A stretch of 64,000 nucleotides of DNA from Thermoplasmata archaeon (lineage in GTDB: Archaea > Thermoplasmatota > Thermoplasmata > Lutacidiplasmatales > UBA184): positions 20,783 through 84,782 of the forward strand of contig JAKIWG010000004.1 in the NCBI GenBank assembly GCA_022750155.1, in the 5' to 3' direction. Below are positions 8,148 to 18,100 of this stretch, piece after piece; the stretch's first letter is position 1; each line of letters begins with the position of its first letter. Under the pieces are notes generated by a model, which was not told the DNA's origin, searched no databases, and saw only the letters and a list, made by a program, of their open reading frames with translations. Made by a program: the position numbers and the translations under genes.

Positions 8148-10517
8148 ATGCCGTTCGTGCTCAACCTGGCCGATGTCTCCGACTCGGACCTGCCCCTGGT
8201 CGGCGGGAAGGCGGGCAAGTTGGGCGAGGTCGTTCGGCAAGGCCTCCCCGTACCGCCCGGGATCGTGATCACGACCGAGACGTACCAGGCGTTCGTCAAC
8301 GCGACCGTACTCCGTGTCGAGATTCCGAACGCCCTCTCCACCCTCGACCTCGAGCGACCGGAGAGCGTCGACGCGGTCGCCCGACGGATCCGCACCGCGT
8401 TCGAGGCCACCGAGTTCCCCCCCGAGATCCGCACCGTACTCGAGGAGGCGATCGAGCAGTACCAGCGGGAGCACGACGTGCGATTCTCCGCGGTGCGGTC
8501 GTCGGCCACCGCCGAGGACCTCGAGGGGGCATCGTTCGCCGGCCTTCAGGAGACCTACCTCAACGTCCGGGGGATCGACCCGATCCTCGCCGCCATTCGC
8601 CGGTGCTGGGGATCGCTGTTCACGGCCCGGGTGCTGGTCTATCGGGCGCGGATGGGGTTCGACCATATCGAGGTCCGCCTCGCCGTGCTCATCCAGAAGA
8701 TGGTCGACTCCGTCGTGAGCGGCATCCTGTTCACCCGCGACCCCAACACGGGAGAGAACCACATGATCATCGAGGCCGGATGGGGCCTCGGGGAAGCGAT
8801 CGTGGGCGGGGAGGTGACCCCCGACCACTACGTGGTCGACGGCGCCACCCAGCGGATCGTGCACAAGCAGATCTCCGAGCAGTCGATGCGGCTCGTGCGC
8901 GTGGAGGAGGGAGGCAACCGGAAGGACACGGTGCCCCTGGCCGACCAGAACCGCCAGAAGCTCCCGGACGAGAAGATCCTCAAGCTCGCATCGCTCGCTC
9001 GGGTGATCGAGTCGCACTACCGGCGGCCGATGGACGTCGAATGGTGCGCAGACGCTAAGTCGCTCTACATCGTCCAAGCGAGGCCGGTGACGACTATCCC
9101 CGCCCCGGGAGCGCCGAACACGCCCTCCCCCGGCGCCCCGGCCCCGGCGCCGACCCCGGCGACGGCGAGGTCGGAGACCGCCGAGGTTCCCATCCTTCGC
9201 GGCATGGGGGCGAGCCCGGGCGTCGTGGGCGGCAAGACCCGGCTCCTGCTGAACGCCGCAGAAATGACGAAACTGAAGACCGGAGAGATCCTCGTCACGA
9301 CCATGACCACGCCGGACATGGTCCCGGCGATGGCCCAGGCGGCCGGGATCATCACGGACGAAGGAGGGATGACCTGCCATGCCGCGATCGTCTCCCGAGA
9401 GCTGGGCGTCCCGTGCATAGTGGGGACGCGCGGGGCGACCAAGACCATCCACGAGGGGGACACGATCACGATGGACGGGAAGACCGGCATGGTCTTCGCC
9501 GGGCTCGGCCATCTGGAGAGGACGAAGGCCGACGCGCCCCCCGCGGTCGCCGGTGGCTCGCCGAACGCCGACGGACACCACGGAGCCCCCGTCACCGCCA
9601 CCAAGATCTACGTGAACGTCGGGGTGCCCGAGAAGGCGGCCGAGTATGCCCGACTGCCGGTGCAGGGCGTCGGCCTATTGCGGATCGAGTTCATCTTCAC
9701 GGCCCACGTCCGCGAGCACCCCATGGCGCTGATCAAGCAGGGGAAGGGCGCCGAGCTCGTCCAGCGGCTGGCCGACGGGGTCGGCAAGGTCTGTCAGGCG
9801 TTCTACCCTCGGCCCGTGATCATCCGCACGAGCGACTTCAAGACCAACGAGTACCGGGGGATGCCGGGGGGCCAGGAGTTCGAGCCGTCGGAGGAGAATC
9901 CGATGATCGGCTGGCGGGGATGCTCTCGCTACATCTCGCCGATGTACAAGCCCGCGTTCCTCTGCGAGCTCGAGGCGATCCAGCGGGTCCGCACCGAACA
10001 GGGCCTGAAGAATGCCATGGTGATGCTCCCCTTCGTCCGCAACACCTGGGAGCTCGAACAGATCACGGAGATGATGCGGGAGAAGGGGTTGCGCCGAACC
10101 CGCGACTTCCAGCTCTACTTGATGGCGGAGGTGCCTTCCACCGTCCTGCTCGCGCGGGAGTTCTCCAAGCTCTGCGACGGCTTCTCGATCGGCTCGAACG
10201 ACCTGACCCAGCTCGTCCTCGGCGCGGACCGCGATTCCGAGACGCTCGGTCGCATGGGGTATTTCGACGAGCGCGACCCCGCCGTGCAGCGTGCCATCGA
10301 GCTCCTCCTCGAGGGCGCCCACGCCGAGGGCCGCACCGTCGGCATCTGCGGCCAGGGCCCCAGCGTCTATCCGGAATTCGCCGAATTCCTGGTGCGGCAC
10401 GGCATCGATTCGATCTCGCTCAACGCCGACACCGTCCTCACCACGATGCGGTCGATCGCCTCCGTCGAGCAGCGCCTGAAGCTCGACGAGGTCCGGCACC
10501 GCCGGTCGGCCGGCTAG
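8148..10517 (+). CDS. ppsA: Phosphoenolpyruvate synthase (pyruvate, water dikinase)
   Basis: N-terminal ATP-grasp region (LVGGKAGKLGE), phosphohistidine swivel motif GGMTCHAAIVSRELGVPC and a C-terminal PEP-utilising TIM barrel (GFSIGSNDLTQL). The ATG at 8148 follows the trm5 stop. Confidence 0.92.
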   Translation: MPFVLNLADVSDSDLPLVGGKAGKLGEVVRQGLPVPPGIVITTETYQAFVNATVLRVEIPNALSTLDLERPESVDAVARRIRTAFEATEFPPEIRTVLEEAIEQYQREHDVRFSAVRSSATAEDLEGASFAGLQETYLNVRGIDPILAAIRRCWGSLFTARVLVYRARMGFDHIEVRLAVLIQKMVDSVVSGILFTRDPNTGENHMIIEAGWGLGEAIVGGEVTPDHYVVDGATQRIVHKQISEQSMRLVRVEEGGNRKDTVPLADQNRQKLPDEKILKLASLARVIESHYRRPMDVEWCADAKSLYIVQARPVTTIPAPGAPNTPSPGAPAPAPTPATARSETAEVPILRGMGASPGVVGGKTRLLLNAAEMTKLKTGEILVTTMTTPDMVPAMAQAAGIITDEGGMTCHAAIVSRELGVPCIVGTRGATKTIHEGDTITMDGKTGMVFAGLGHLERTKADAPPAVAGGSPNADGHHGAPVTATKIYVNVGVPEKAAEYARLPVQGVGLLRIEFIFTAHVREHPMALIKQGKGAELVQRLADGVGKVCQAFYPRPVIIRTSDFKTNEYRGMPGGQEFEPSEENPMIGWRGCSRYISPMYKPAFLCELEAIQRVRTEQGLKNAMVMLPFVRNTWELEQITEMMREKGLRRTRDFQLYLMAEVPSTVLLAREFSKLCDGFSIGSNDLTQLVLGADRDSETLGRMGYFDERDPAVQRAIELLLEGAHAEGRTVGICGQGPSVYPEFAEFLVRHGIDSISLNADTVLTTMRSIASVEQRLKLDEVRHRRSAG

Positions 10518-11353
10518 GCCGAAGGGCGTCGCGGCGGCCGCCACCGGGGCGGTGGCGGGGGTCCCGGGTCCGGCATTTGGAGCGAGGCGCTGGGGGGGAG
10601 TTCGTACACCGCATACCGACGGGCGGCCGCGAATCCGAGGGAGTTCAACCGGCGTTCGGTGCGCTCGTTCTCGGAGGAGATCGTGACCACTTCGGCGGAG
10701 GGGGGGATCTCGGCCGCCAGCGCGTGCGCCACGAGCGCCGTGGCCGCGCCTTGACCGCGGGCACTGGGTTGGGTCGAGACCGCATGCAGCCCCACGGTCC
10801 GTTCGGTCTCGTAGATCAGTGCGGCTGCCACGACGACGCCGTCCCGTTCCGCCAGGAGCGGACGGAGCGATTCGCCAGGGTTGGGGTGCTCCCACGCTAC
10901 CGTGAGCGAGCGCCGGAACTCGTCGCCCTCGGCCTCTCCCGTCCAGAACCGGACCAGGGAGTCGACCTCCTCGGGGCGTGCGCGCCGGATCTCGAACCCG
11001 CCGGGCGCCCGGGGGCCTCCGACCCGGGCGTGCAGCAGGACGGTGTGCGGTTCACCCCGTCGGCGGAAGCCAAACCGGCGTAGTCCGGAATCGAGGTGCG
11101 CCGGCACGGGCTCCCCGATCCGGACGGATGGCCTGAGGGTCCTCTGAAAGTAGTGGTCGAGCGCACGCTCAAAGAACGCCGCCTGGCGACCCGGGCCCAC
11201 CCGGACGTCCTGGACGAAGTTGAACCGCGGGACCGGCACCCGTTCGTGGGTGACGAGCGTCGCCCCGGGGATCTCCAGGGCGAACCCCCCGAGCGTGAGC
11301 ACGAACTCCCGCTCTTCGCGAAGGGCTCTCTCGAGCTGATCGGTGTCCGCCAT
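10514..11353 (-). CDS. GNAT-family N-acetyltransferase
   Basis: Acetyl-CoA motif 'ARGQGAATALVAHAL' in the C-terminal half. Start trimmed to the ATG at 11353 (MADTDQLERALREE...). Its stop overlaps the ppsA stop within CTAG. Confidence 0.7.
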   Translation of the reverse strand: MADTDQLERALREEREFVLTLGGFALEIPGATLVTHERVPVPRFNFVQDVRVGPGRQAAFFERALDHYFQRTLRPSVRIGEPVPAHLDSGLRRFGFRRRGEPHTVLLHARVGGPRAPGGFEIRRARPEEVDSLVRFWTGEAEGDEFRRSLTVAWEHPNPGESLRPLLAERDGVVVAAALIYETERTVGLHAVSTQPSARGQGAATALVAHALAAEIPPSAEVVTISSENERTERRLNSLGFAAARRYAVYELPPSASLQMPDPGPPPPPRWRPPRRPSA

Positions 11354-11520
11354 CGGCCCCCGACGGGAGGGGGAACCTCGGGAGATTAGCGTATCGAGCG
11401 GCCCCCCCACCGTCGGGAATCGACCATCCCGGGCCCCGGGCGGGGAGCCGGCCCTGGGCGCGCCGCCCGCCCGCGAATCATTATGAACGAAGCCCTCCTC
11501 ACGCGGCCTCGCGGGCGCCC

Positions 11521-13452
11521 ATGGGCGCTCGCGCAGTCGTTCGGATGAGCGGACCCAACCTGACCCCTCCGGCCGTCATCGCCGTGCTCGGCGCCGGCAA
11601 CATGGGGAGCGGAATCGCGCAGGCCTGTGCCCAGGCGGGATACACGGTCTGGTTGCGGGACCTCGACGAGCCGATGCTCGCGAGGGGCCGGGGGCTGATC
11701 GAGAAGACGCTCGAGGGGGCGATCCAGCGGAAGAAGATCACCGCTGCCAAGCGGGACGAGCTCCTCGCCCGCGTCCACTACACCACCGAGGTCGCCACGG
11801 CCGTTCGCGAGGCCGAGCTGGTCATCGAGGCGATCTTCGAGGAGGAGTCCAAGAAGCGCGAACTGTTCGCCGAGGTCGCCCGCCACGTCCCCGCCGGTTC
11901 GATCGTCGCCACGAACACCTCCTCCCTCTCGGTCTCGCGCCTCTCGGAGGGGTTTCCGAATCCCGGCCGGTTCGCCGGACTCCACTTCTTCTATCCCGCC
12001 GCGATCAACAAGCTGCTCGAAGTCATCGGCGGGACCCAAACGTCCCCGGAGACTGTCCGGGCCCTCGAGCGGTTCGGCTACCAGCTCCGGAAGACCCCGA
12101 TCGAGGTCCATGACGCCGCCGGGTTCGCGGTCAACCGGTTCTTCGTTCCCTATCTCAATGAGGCGACCCGTCTCGCCGAGGAGCACGTCGCGAGCATGGC
12201 GACGATCGAGGAGGTCGGACGGGAGCTGTTCGGAACCACCCTCGGCCCCTTCGAGCTGATGAACGTCACCGGCGTGACGATCGCCTTCCACTCCGAGACC
12301 TCCCTTTCGAACGCTTTCGGCCGCGCCTACGCGCCGTCGGCCCTCCTGGAGGCCCAGTTCCGTCGGGCGACCCCCTGGCCATGGAAGGAGTCGGCCGTGG
12401 AACCCGACCGAAAGGGGGCCGTTCGCGAGCGCCTCCTCGGGCTCGTGCTCGGGATCGCGACGGAGCTCGTCGAGGAAGGGGTCGCCAGCCCGGAAGCGAC
12501 CGACCGCGGGGCCACCGTCGGATTGAGGTGGAGGAACGGCCCGTTCGCCCTGCTTTCCGCGGTGGGTCTTCCCGAGGGACTTCGGCTGGTGGAGGGCTAC
12601 GCGGCGCGCTGGGGGGATTCGTTCCCCGTCTCCGCCGGCCTCCGGTCGAGGGTCGCACGCGGGGAGACAACCTGGCCGATGCGCTGGGTGCGGGTGGAGC
12701 GCCGAGGCCCCGTCGCGTGGGTCCTCCTCGACCGCCCGGAAGTGCTCAACTCGCTCAACTCCGAGCTTCTCGCCCAACTGGACCGGGCCATTGAGGCGTT
12801 GAACCAGGATCGCGAGGTCCGGGCCGTCGTCCTCGCCGGGTCCTCCCCCGTCTTCGCCGCCGGGGCGGACATTGCGGAGATGGCCCGCAAGAGCGTCGCC
12901 GAGGGCCGCGCCTTCGGCTTTGCGGGACAGGCCGTCTGCAAGCGCATCGAGACCTCCCGGATGCCGGTGATCGCCCTCGTGGAAGGGTACGCGCTCGGGG
13001 GTGGCCTCGAGCTCGCGCTGTCGGCCGACTTCATTCTCGCCGCCGAGGGGGCCCAGCTCGGTCTGCCGGAGACCACGGTGGGGATCCACACCGGATTCGG
13101 CGGTGCGAGCCGACTGACGCGCCTGATCGGTCGCGCCAAGACGAAGATGCTCCTGTTCACCGGCGTTCCCGTTCCTGCCGCCGAGGCGGCTCGGCTCGGG
13201 TTCGTCGTGCGGGTGCTGCCGGCGGCCACCGCGCGGGATGACGCCCAGGCGCTCGCGGAGACGATTGCCTCGCGCGCGCCGCTCGCCGTCTCCTGGGCCA
13301 AAGCGGTCGTAGACCACGGCATGGACAGCCCGCTCGACGCCGCGATGCGGCTCGAGGGGGAATCCGCGGCCCATACCTTCGGCACGGCCGACCGCACGGA
13401 AGGGATGCAGGCGTTCCTGGAACGCCGTCCCCCGAAGTTCCGGGGCGACTGA
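11521..13452 (+). CDS. Bifunctional 3-hydroxyacyl-CoA dehydrogenase (N-terminal) / enoyl-CoA hydratase (C-terminal)
   Basis: Rossmann motif VLGAGNMGSGIAQ plus the HBD core in the N-terminal half. Crotonase fold in the C-terminal half (VVLAGSSPVFAAGADI, GYALGGGLELAL). Alternative ATG at 11545. Confidence 0.88.
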   Translation: MGARAVVRMSGPNLTPPAVIAVLGAGNMGSGIAQACAQAGYTVWLRDLDEPMLARGRGLIEKTLEGAIQRKKITAAKRDELLARVHYTTEVATAVREAELVIEAIFEEESKKRELFAEVARHVPAGSIVATNTSSLSVSRLSEGFPNPGRFAGLHFFYPAAINKLLEVIGGTQTSPETVRALERFGYQLRKTPIEVHDAAGFAVNRFFVPYLNEATRLAEEHVASMATIEEVGRELFGTTLGPFELMNVTGVTIAFHSETSLSNAFGRAYAPSALLEAQFRRATPWPWKESAVEPDRKGAVRERLLGLVLGIATELVEEGVASPEATDRGATVGLRWRNGPFALLSAVGLPEGLRLVEGYAARWGDSFPVSAGLRSRVARGETTWPMRWVRVERRGPVAWVLLDRPEVLNSLNSELLAQLDRAIEALNQDREVRAVVLAGSSPVFAAGADIAEMARKSVAEGRAFGFAGQAVCKRIETSRMPVIALVEGYALGGGLELALSADFILAAEGAQLGLPETTVGIHTGFGGASRLTRLIGRAKTKMLLFTGVPVPAAEAARLGFVVRVLPAATARDDAQALAETIASRAPLAVSWAKAVVDHGMDSPLDAAMRLEGESAAHTFGTADRTEGMQAFLERRPPKFRGD

Positions 13453-13460
13453 ACGGCCGG

Positions 13461-13856
13461 CTAGTGCGAACCGCTCGAGCTCGAGACGAACGTCTCGTAC
13501 TGCGACGCGTCCATCGAGGCGGACGGGTCGAGGGGGTGGGTGAGGGTGATCCGGAAGACCCAGCCCTTTCCGAACGGGTCCTGGTTCATGAGCTCCGGAT
13601 GGGCCTTCAGCTCGGCGTTGGCGGCGGAGATCGTCCCCCCGCCCGGGGCGTAGACGTCGGCGACCGTCTTGACCGACTCGAGCACGAGGACGCTCTCCCC
13701 GCCCGCGACCACCCGGCCGACCTTCGGCAGGTCGACGAAGACGATGTCGGTCAGCTCGGATTGCGCGTGATCGGTGATCCCGATGGTCGCCTCGTTCCCG
13801 TCGACCTTCACCCATTCGTGGCTCTTCGTGTAGCGGCGGTCCGTTGGATTCGTCAT
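13461..13856 (-). CDS. gcvH: Glycine cleavage system H protein (lipoyl carrier)
   Basis: YTKSHEWV, ATIGITDHAQ and the lipoyl-lysine motif LESVKTVADVYAP. 131 aa. The start overlaps the ahcY stop (ATGA at 13853-13856). Confidence 0.9.
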   Translation of the reverse strand: MTNPTDRRYTKSHEWVKVDGNEATIGITDHAQSELTDIVFVDLPKVGRVVAGGESVLVLESVKTVADVYAPGGGTISAANAELKAHPELMNQDPFGKGWVFRITLTHPLDPSASMDASQYETFVSSSSGSH

Positions 13857-15085
13857 GTTCCTGCATCCCAGGTGACGGCGTATTTCTGCTGGGCCACCGT
13901 CGGCACGTCGATCGCCGCGCCCAGCGGCGCAAGGGCGGCCCGGGCGACCGCCTGGTCGAGCTCGGGGGGAACCGGGTAGACCTTCGGGGGGAGTTTCAGC
14001 CCGTGGAGCGCGATGTGCTCGGCGCTCAGCGCCTGGAGCGCGAAGGACAGGTCCATGATCTCGACCGGGTGACCCTGCCCCGCGGCCAGATTGATCAGCC
14101 GCCCCTCCCCCAACAGGTAGGCGCGGCGACCGTCCGCGAACCGGTACTCCTCGACGTGGGGGCGAACCGGACGGTGCTCGATGCACATCCCCTCGAGGTC
14201 GGTCTTCGAGACCTCGATGTCGAAGTGCCCCGCGTTGCAGAGCAGGCACCCGTCCTTCATCACCTTGAAATGCTCGGCGCGGACGATGTCGCGGTTCCCC
14301 GTCACGGTGCAGATGAGGTCGGCCTGGCGTACCGCGTCCAGCATCGGCATCACGCGGAATCCCTCCAGACGGGCCTCGATCGCCCGCACCGGGTCCACCT
14401 CCGTGACGATCACGTCGGCCCCTACCCCCCGGAGCCGGGAGGCGATCCCCTTGCCGGACCAGCCGTATCCCGCCACCACGCAGACCCGGCCGGCGAGGAG
14501 GAGGTTCGTGGCGGTGAAGATCCCATCCAGCACGGACTGGCCGCACCCGTATCGATTGTCGAAGAGGTGCTTCATCTCGGCGTCGTTCACGTCGATCGCC
14601 GGGAACCTCAGGCCGCCGGTCTTCTCGAGCGCCCGTAGCCGCGTGATCCCCGTCGTCGTCTCCTCGGTGGAGCCCCGGATCTTGCCGCGATCCGGCAGCG
14701 CGGTGTGCGCGAGCGCCACGAGGTCGGCCCCGTCATCGACGATGACGTCCGGCTCGGCATCGAGCATCGCGCGGATGCCCGCGTGGAACTCGGCCACGGA
14801 CTCGCCCTTGCGGGCGAACGTGGGGATCCCCTGGGCGATGACTCCCGCGACCGCATCGTCGTCGGTCGACAGAGGGTTGCCCGCCGCCAGGTGGACGTCG
14901 GCCCCCCCGGCCTTCAGCGCGAGGGCCAGCACAGAGGTCTTCGCCTCCACATGGAGCACGAGCGACAGGGTGAGGCCGCGGAACGGCTGCTCGGATTCCA
15001 ACCGCCTTCGGATCCCCTCGAGGACCGGCATATGCGAGCGGGCCCAGGCGATCTTCTGCGTTCCGACGGAGAGGTCTCCGACCAT
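13853..15085 (-). CDS. ahcY: Adenosylhomocysteinase (S-adenosyl-L-homocysteine hydrolase)
   Basis: Motifs DDGADL, TEETTTGI, NDAEMKHLFDNRYGCGQS and the NAD-binding VVAGYGWSGKGIA. 410 aa, the short archaeal form. Confidence 0.93.
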   Translation of the reverse strand: MVGDLSVGTQKIAWARSHMPVLEGIRRRLESEQPFRGLTLSLVLHVEAKTSVLALALKAGGADVHLAAGNPLSTDDDAVAGVIAQGIPTFARKGESVAEFHAGIRAMLDAEPDVIVDDGADLVALAHTALPDRGKIRGSTEETTTGITRLRALEKTGGLRFPAIDVNDAEMKHLFDNRYGCGQSVLDGIFTATNLLLAGRVCVVAGYGWSGKGIASRLRGVGADVIVTEVDPVRAIEARLEGFRVMPMLDAVRQADLICTVTGNRDIVRAEHFKVMKDGCLLCNAGHFDIEVSKTDLEGMCIEHRPVRPHVEEYRFADGRRAYLLGEGRLINLAAGQGHPVEIMDLSFALQALSAEHIALHGLKLPPKVYPVPPELDQAVARAALAPLGAAIDVPTVAQQKYAVTWDAGT

Positions 15086-15113
15086 GTGGCCCGCGGCGCC
15101 ATGAAAGCCGGGG

Positions 15114-15119
15114 TTTATA
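15114..15119 (-). promoter_or_regulatory. TATA box (TATAAA on the minus strand) for ahcY
   Basis: A rare AT hexamer in GC-rich DNA, 29-34 bp upstream of the ahcY ATG (15085). The spacing fits an archaeal leaderless transcript. Confidence 0.5.
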
Positions 15120-15169
15120 CCATTGGCCCGACGCGGGCCCCGAGCCGGCGTAGGGGGAGCGGATCCCGC

Positions 15170-18100
15170 CTACCGGGTGACCGCTCCGCAGAACGGGCAG
15201 ACGAGATAGTCCGGAGGGATCTCCTTCCCGCAGGTCTGGCACGGCTTCATCCCGCCCTCGACGACCATGGGCGCGCCACCGGAGGCCGCAGCGGCGGGGG
15301 CGGTGGAGGGGGTGGTGGCCGCCGGAGGGGCTGAGCTGCGGCCCGTAGCGCGGGACGGTGCGCCGGTTTGAGCGGGAGGAGGGCTTCCCGAAGGGGGAGT
15401 GGGCTTGGCGGGGGGTCTTGTCGAAGCGGCCGCCGGTGCGGCCGTTCCCGAGCTGCCACCGGAGCCTCCGCCGCGCTTGGGCGGCGTGCCTACGGCCGGC
15501 GAGGAACCCTGAGTGTCCGCCTCGGGCTGTGGGGCGGACTCGGAGACGACCGGGGCCCCCATGCCGACGCGCGACCCCGCCGATTGCTGGAGCTTCCACT
15601 GGCTGAAGGAGGTGTAGGAGCCCTGGCGCTTCCACCAGTCCCAGAACGCGCCTTCGGAGTAATTGTCCCCGAGCTCCTTCTTCGATTCCGCCCGGAACCG
15701 CTCGACGAAGTCGGCGTAGCCCTGGCGTTCGGGGTCCTTCGCGCCCTCATCGGGCTTGCCGAGGAGCTGGGCCGCGCACTCCGGACAGACCGTGGAGTTG
15801 GACGGGATGGTGGAGCCGCACCGGCTGCACCGAACGAGGTCGGTCTCGAACTCGGCACCGCACTTGGGGCACTGGGTCGCCGTCTCGGGGATCAGGCTCC
15901 CGCATTCCCCGCACTCGACCAGCTTGCCGCGGGCCTGCCGGGGGATCACGTAGAGGAAGAGGACAGCGAGCACGGCCGCCACCCCGATGGCGATGATGAT
16001 CCAGTAGAGGAGCGGAACCCCGAGGAACTTCTGGTCCAGGAGGCCGGTGGACGGGCTGGAGCTCGTCGACCCCACGGTGAACGCCGCGGGGTAGACCGAA
16101 TAGCCGGTGACTGTGTTGTAGTAGGCCGTGACGTTGATCGAGTAGGTCCCCGAAGGCATCCCGGCGTCGAGCGCGATGAAGCCATTGTACGGCCCGGGCA
16201 CGCTGGTGAACTGACCGATGAGGTAGCTTCGGCCGGACGAGGTGATCGCGCTGACGTTGATGATCGCGAACCCTTTGCCGGAAAACTCGACGGTCCCGTT
16301 CACCGGGATGTCGGTCCCCGATTGGTAGTTGCCGGTCGGCGCCGTGAGCGTCAGATGGACGAGCGACGGCTCGACGGTCACGTTGATGATCGCCTCCGAC
16401 ACGCCGCCGATCGGACCGCCACCGCCGTTCCAGAGGACCTCGAGGACGACCTGCGCCTGCACCGTGCCTCGCTGGCCGACGATCGACTCCGAGACCGTCC
16501 AGGTGAAGTTGACGAATCGCGAGGAGCCCGCGGTGAGGGCGGGGAATGTCTGGTTCGGTGCGACGGGCGATCGCGGGAACTTGGCCCCCACGATGTACGA
16601 GAGGTTCGCATCGTACGACGCGACCGGGCCGGACCCGATGTTCTTGACGACCCCGGAGATTTCGAGCGAGTCGCCGATCCGGACGCTCGCCGGGGCGACC
16701 GGGGCGCCGCCGACCGAGAACGTCAGGGCCCCGAGCGACAGCTCCGGTCGGTATGCCGGGTAGGCCGTGGTCGCCGCCTGGTCGGCGGACGCAGGGGTCA
16801 TCTGGGCGGGGTACGGCGTGGTGGCCGCCGAGATCCACTTGGTGGAGTTGGGTCCGCCACCGGCGAGGGTCACGGCGACGTGATAGCCCCCGAGGAACGT
16901 CCCGTCCGGGAGCGTCGCCTGGGTGAGGACCCCCGAGGCGAGGAGGAGGGAGCCTACGCCCTGAGCGTCGGTGACGCCGTAGGAAGCGAGGTGGCGTGCC
17001 GCGAGCCAGGAGCTCAGATACGCGTTCAGCGACGGGTCGGCGGTCGCGAGGTTGTTGAGCGTGGTGGCCGTGGCGTTGTTCAGCTGGTTGCTGTCGTAGG
17101 AGTAGAAGGCCGCAAGTTGGGCCCCGGCGAGCGCGGACCCGCCCGCACCGGTGACGGGGAAGTCGATCCACCGGTACAGGTAGGCCGTGCTGGTGGGGTC
17201 TGGCAGCACCGCCGAGGCGTTCCAGAACACGCCGACCTTCGGGGTGGTCACCGAGAGGTTGGCGAGGTAGGCGGTGGCGCCGCCGTTGAGGAGGAGCTTC
17301 TGCGAGCCCCAGGCCCACGGGATCGGGATCCCCGAGGAGACGGAGGAGCCGGGCGTCAGGTTCCAGTTGAGGTCGAGCGTCGAGTCGACGGCCGTGATCG
17401 AGCTCCCGGCCCCGGCGACGGTGAGGTTGTAGTCGAGCACGGGAGTGACGAGGATCGAGACGTTGAAGATCGAGATCGCGGCGGAGCCGTTCGTCGCGCT
17501 GATCGTGAGCGAGATCGTCGACGGTCCGCCGAACGCACCGGAGGCGTTGAGGTACCCCGTGATCCCTGCGGCGTTGATGGCGTTGACGGCTCCCTGGGGG
17601 AGGGCGACGACCGCGTAGTTCCTTCCCGTGAAGTCGACCTGACCGAGGGCGTACGTGCCCCCGAAGGTGAGGCTGTTGGCCCCCGTGGTCTTCTGGTCGT
17701 ACGGGGTCGAGTAGCTGAACGCGAGGTCGGCCCCGGCGATCGTCGGGTCCGCGACGGCGCGGGTGAGGTTCTCCGAGTCGGTGGGGGTGGTCCACGTGTT
17801 CCATGTCGAACCGCCGCCAGAGCTGACCGAGTGGGCGCCGTTGCTGTAGACGGGGGCGGCCCCGGGCATCCCCCAACGGGTGGTGTTGTCCCGGAAGTAG
17901 TTCAGGATCGAGGAGGCCCACATCGACAGGTGGGCGCCCCCGGAGACCGTGGTCGCCGGGGCCGAGATACTGTCGTGCAGGAGCGAGAGGTTCTCCGGGG
18001 CGTTGAGGATCGCGAAATTGCGCGTGATATTGCTCGCGTTGAGCAGGAGCGAGGAGCCGGAACCGTAGACGTTGACGTAGCCCGGGAACTGGAAGGAGCT

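Noticed and set aside
10514-10517. CTAG where the ppsA stop (TAG) and the GNAT stop (CTA on the plus strand) overlap.
   Set aside because: This is a genuine but trivial 4-bp convergent stop-stop overlap. No functional implication can be drawn.
11386-13932. 848-aa minus-strand ORF, the longest of many long ORFs that overlap recognised genes. Others include 587-1825, 3292-4377, 7965-9581, 15368-18280, 15747-18224, 33915-35543, 39095-41215, 39330-40634, 50134-51708, 55229-56812, 55522-57489 and 58738-60420.
   Set aside because: These ORFs are extremely Arg/Gly/Pro/Asp-rich and low in complexity. They run antisense to, or out of frame with, genes that carry clear family motifs (HBD/ECH, ppsA, copA and others). 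Long shadow ORFs of this kind are expected in DNA of about 66% GC, where stop codons are rare.
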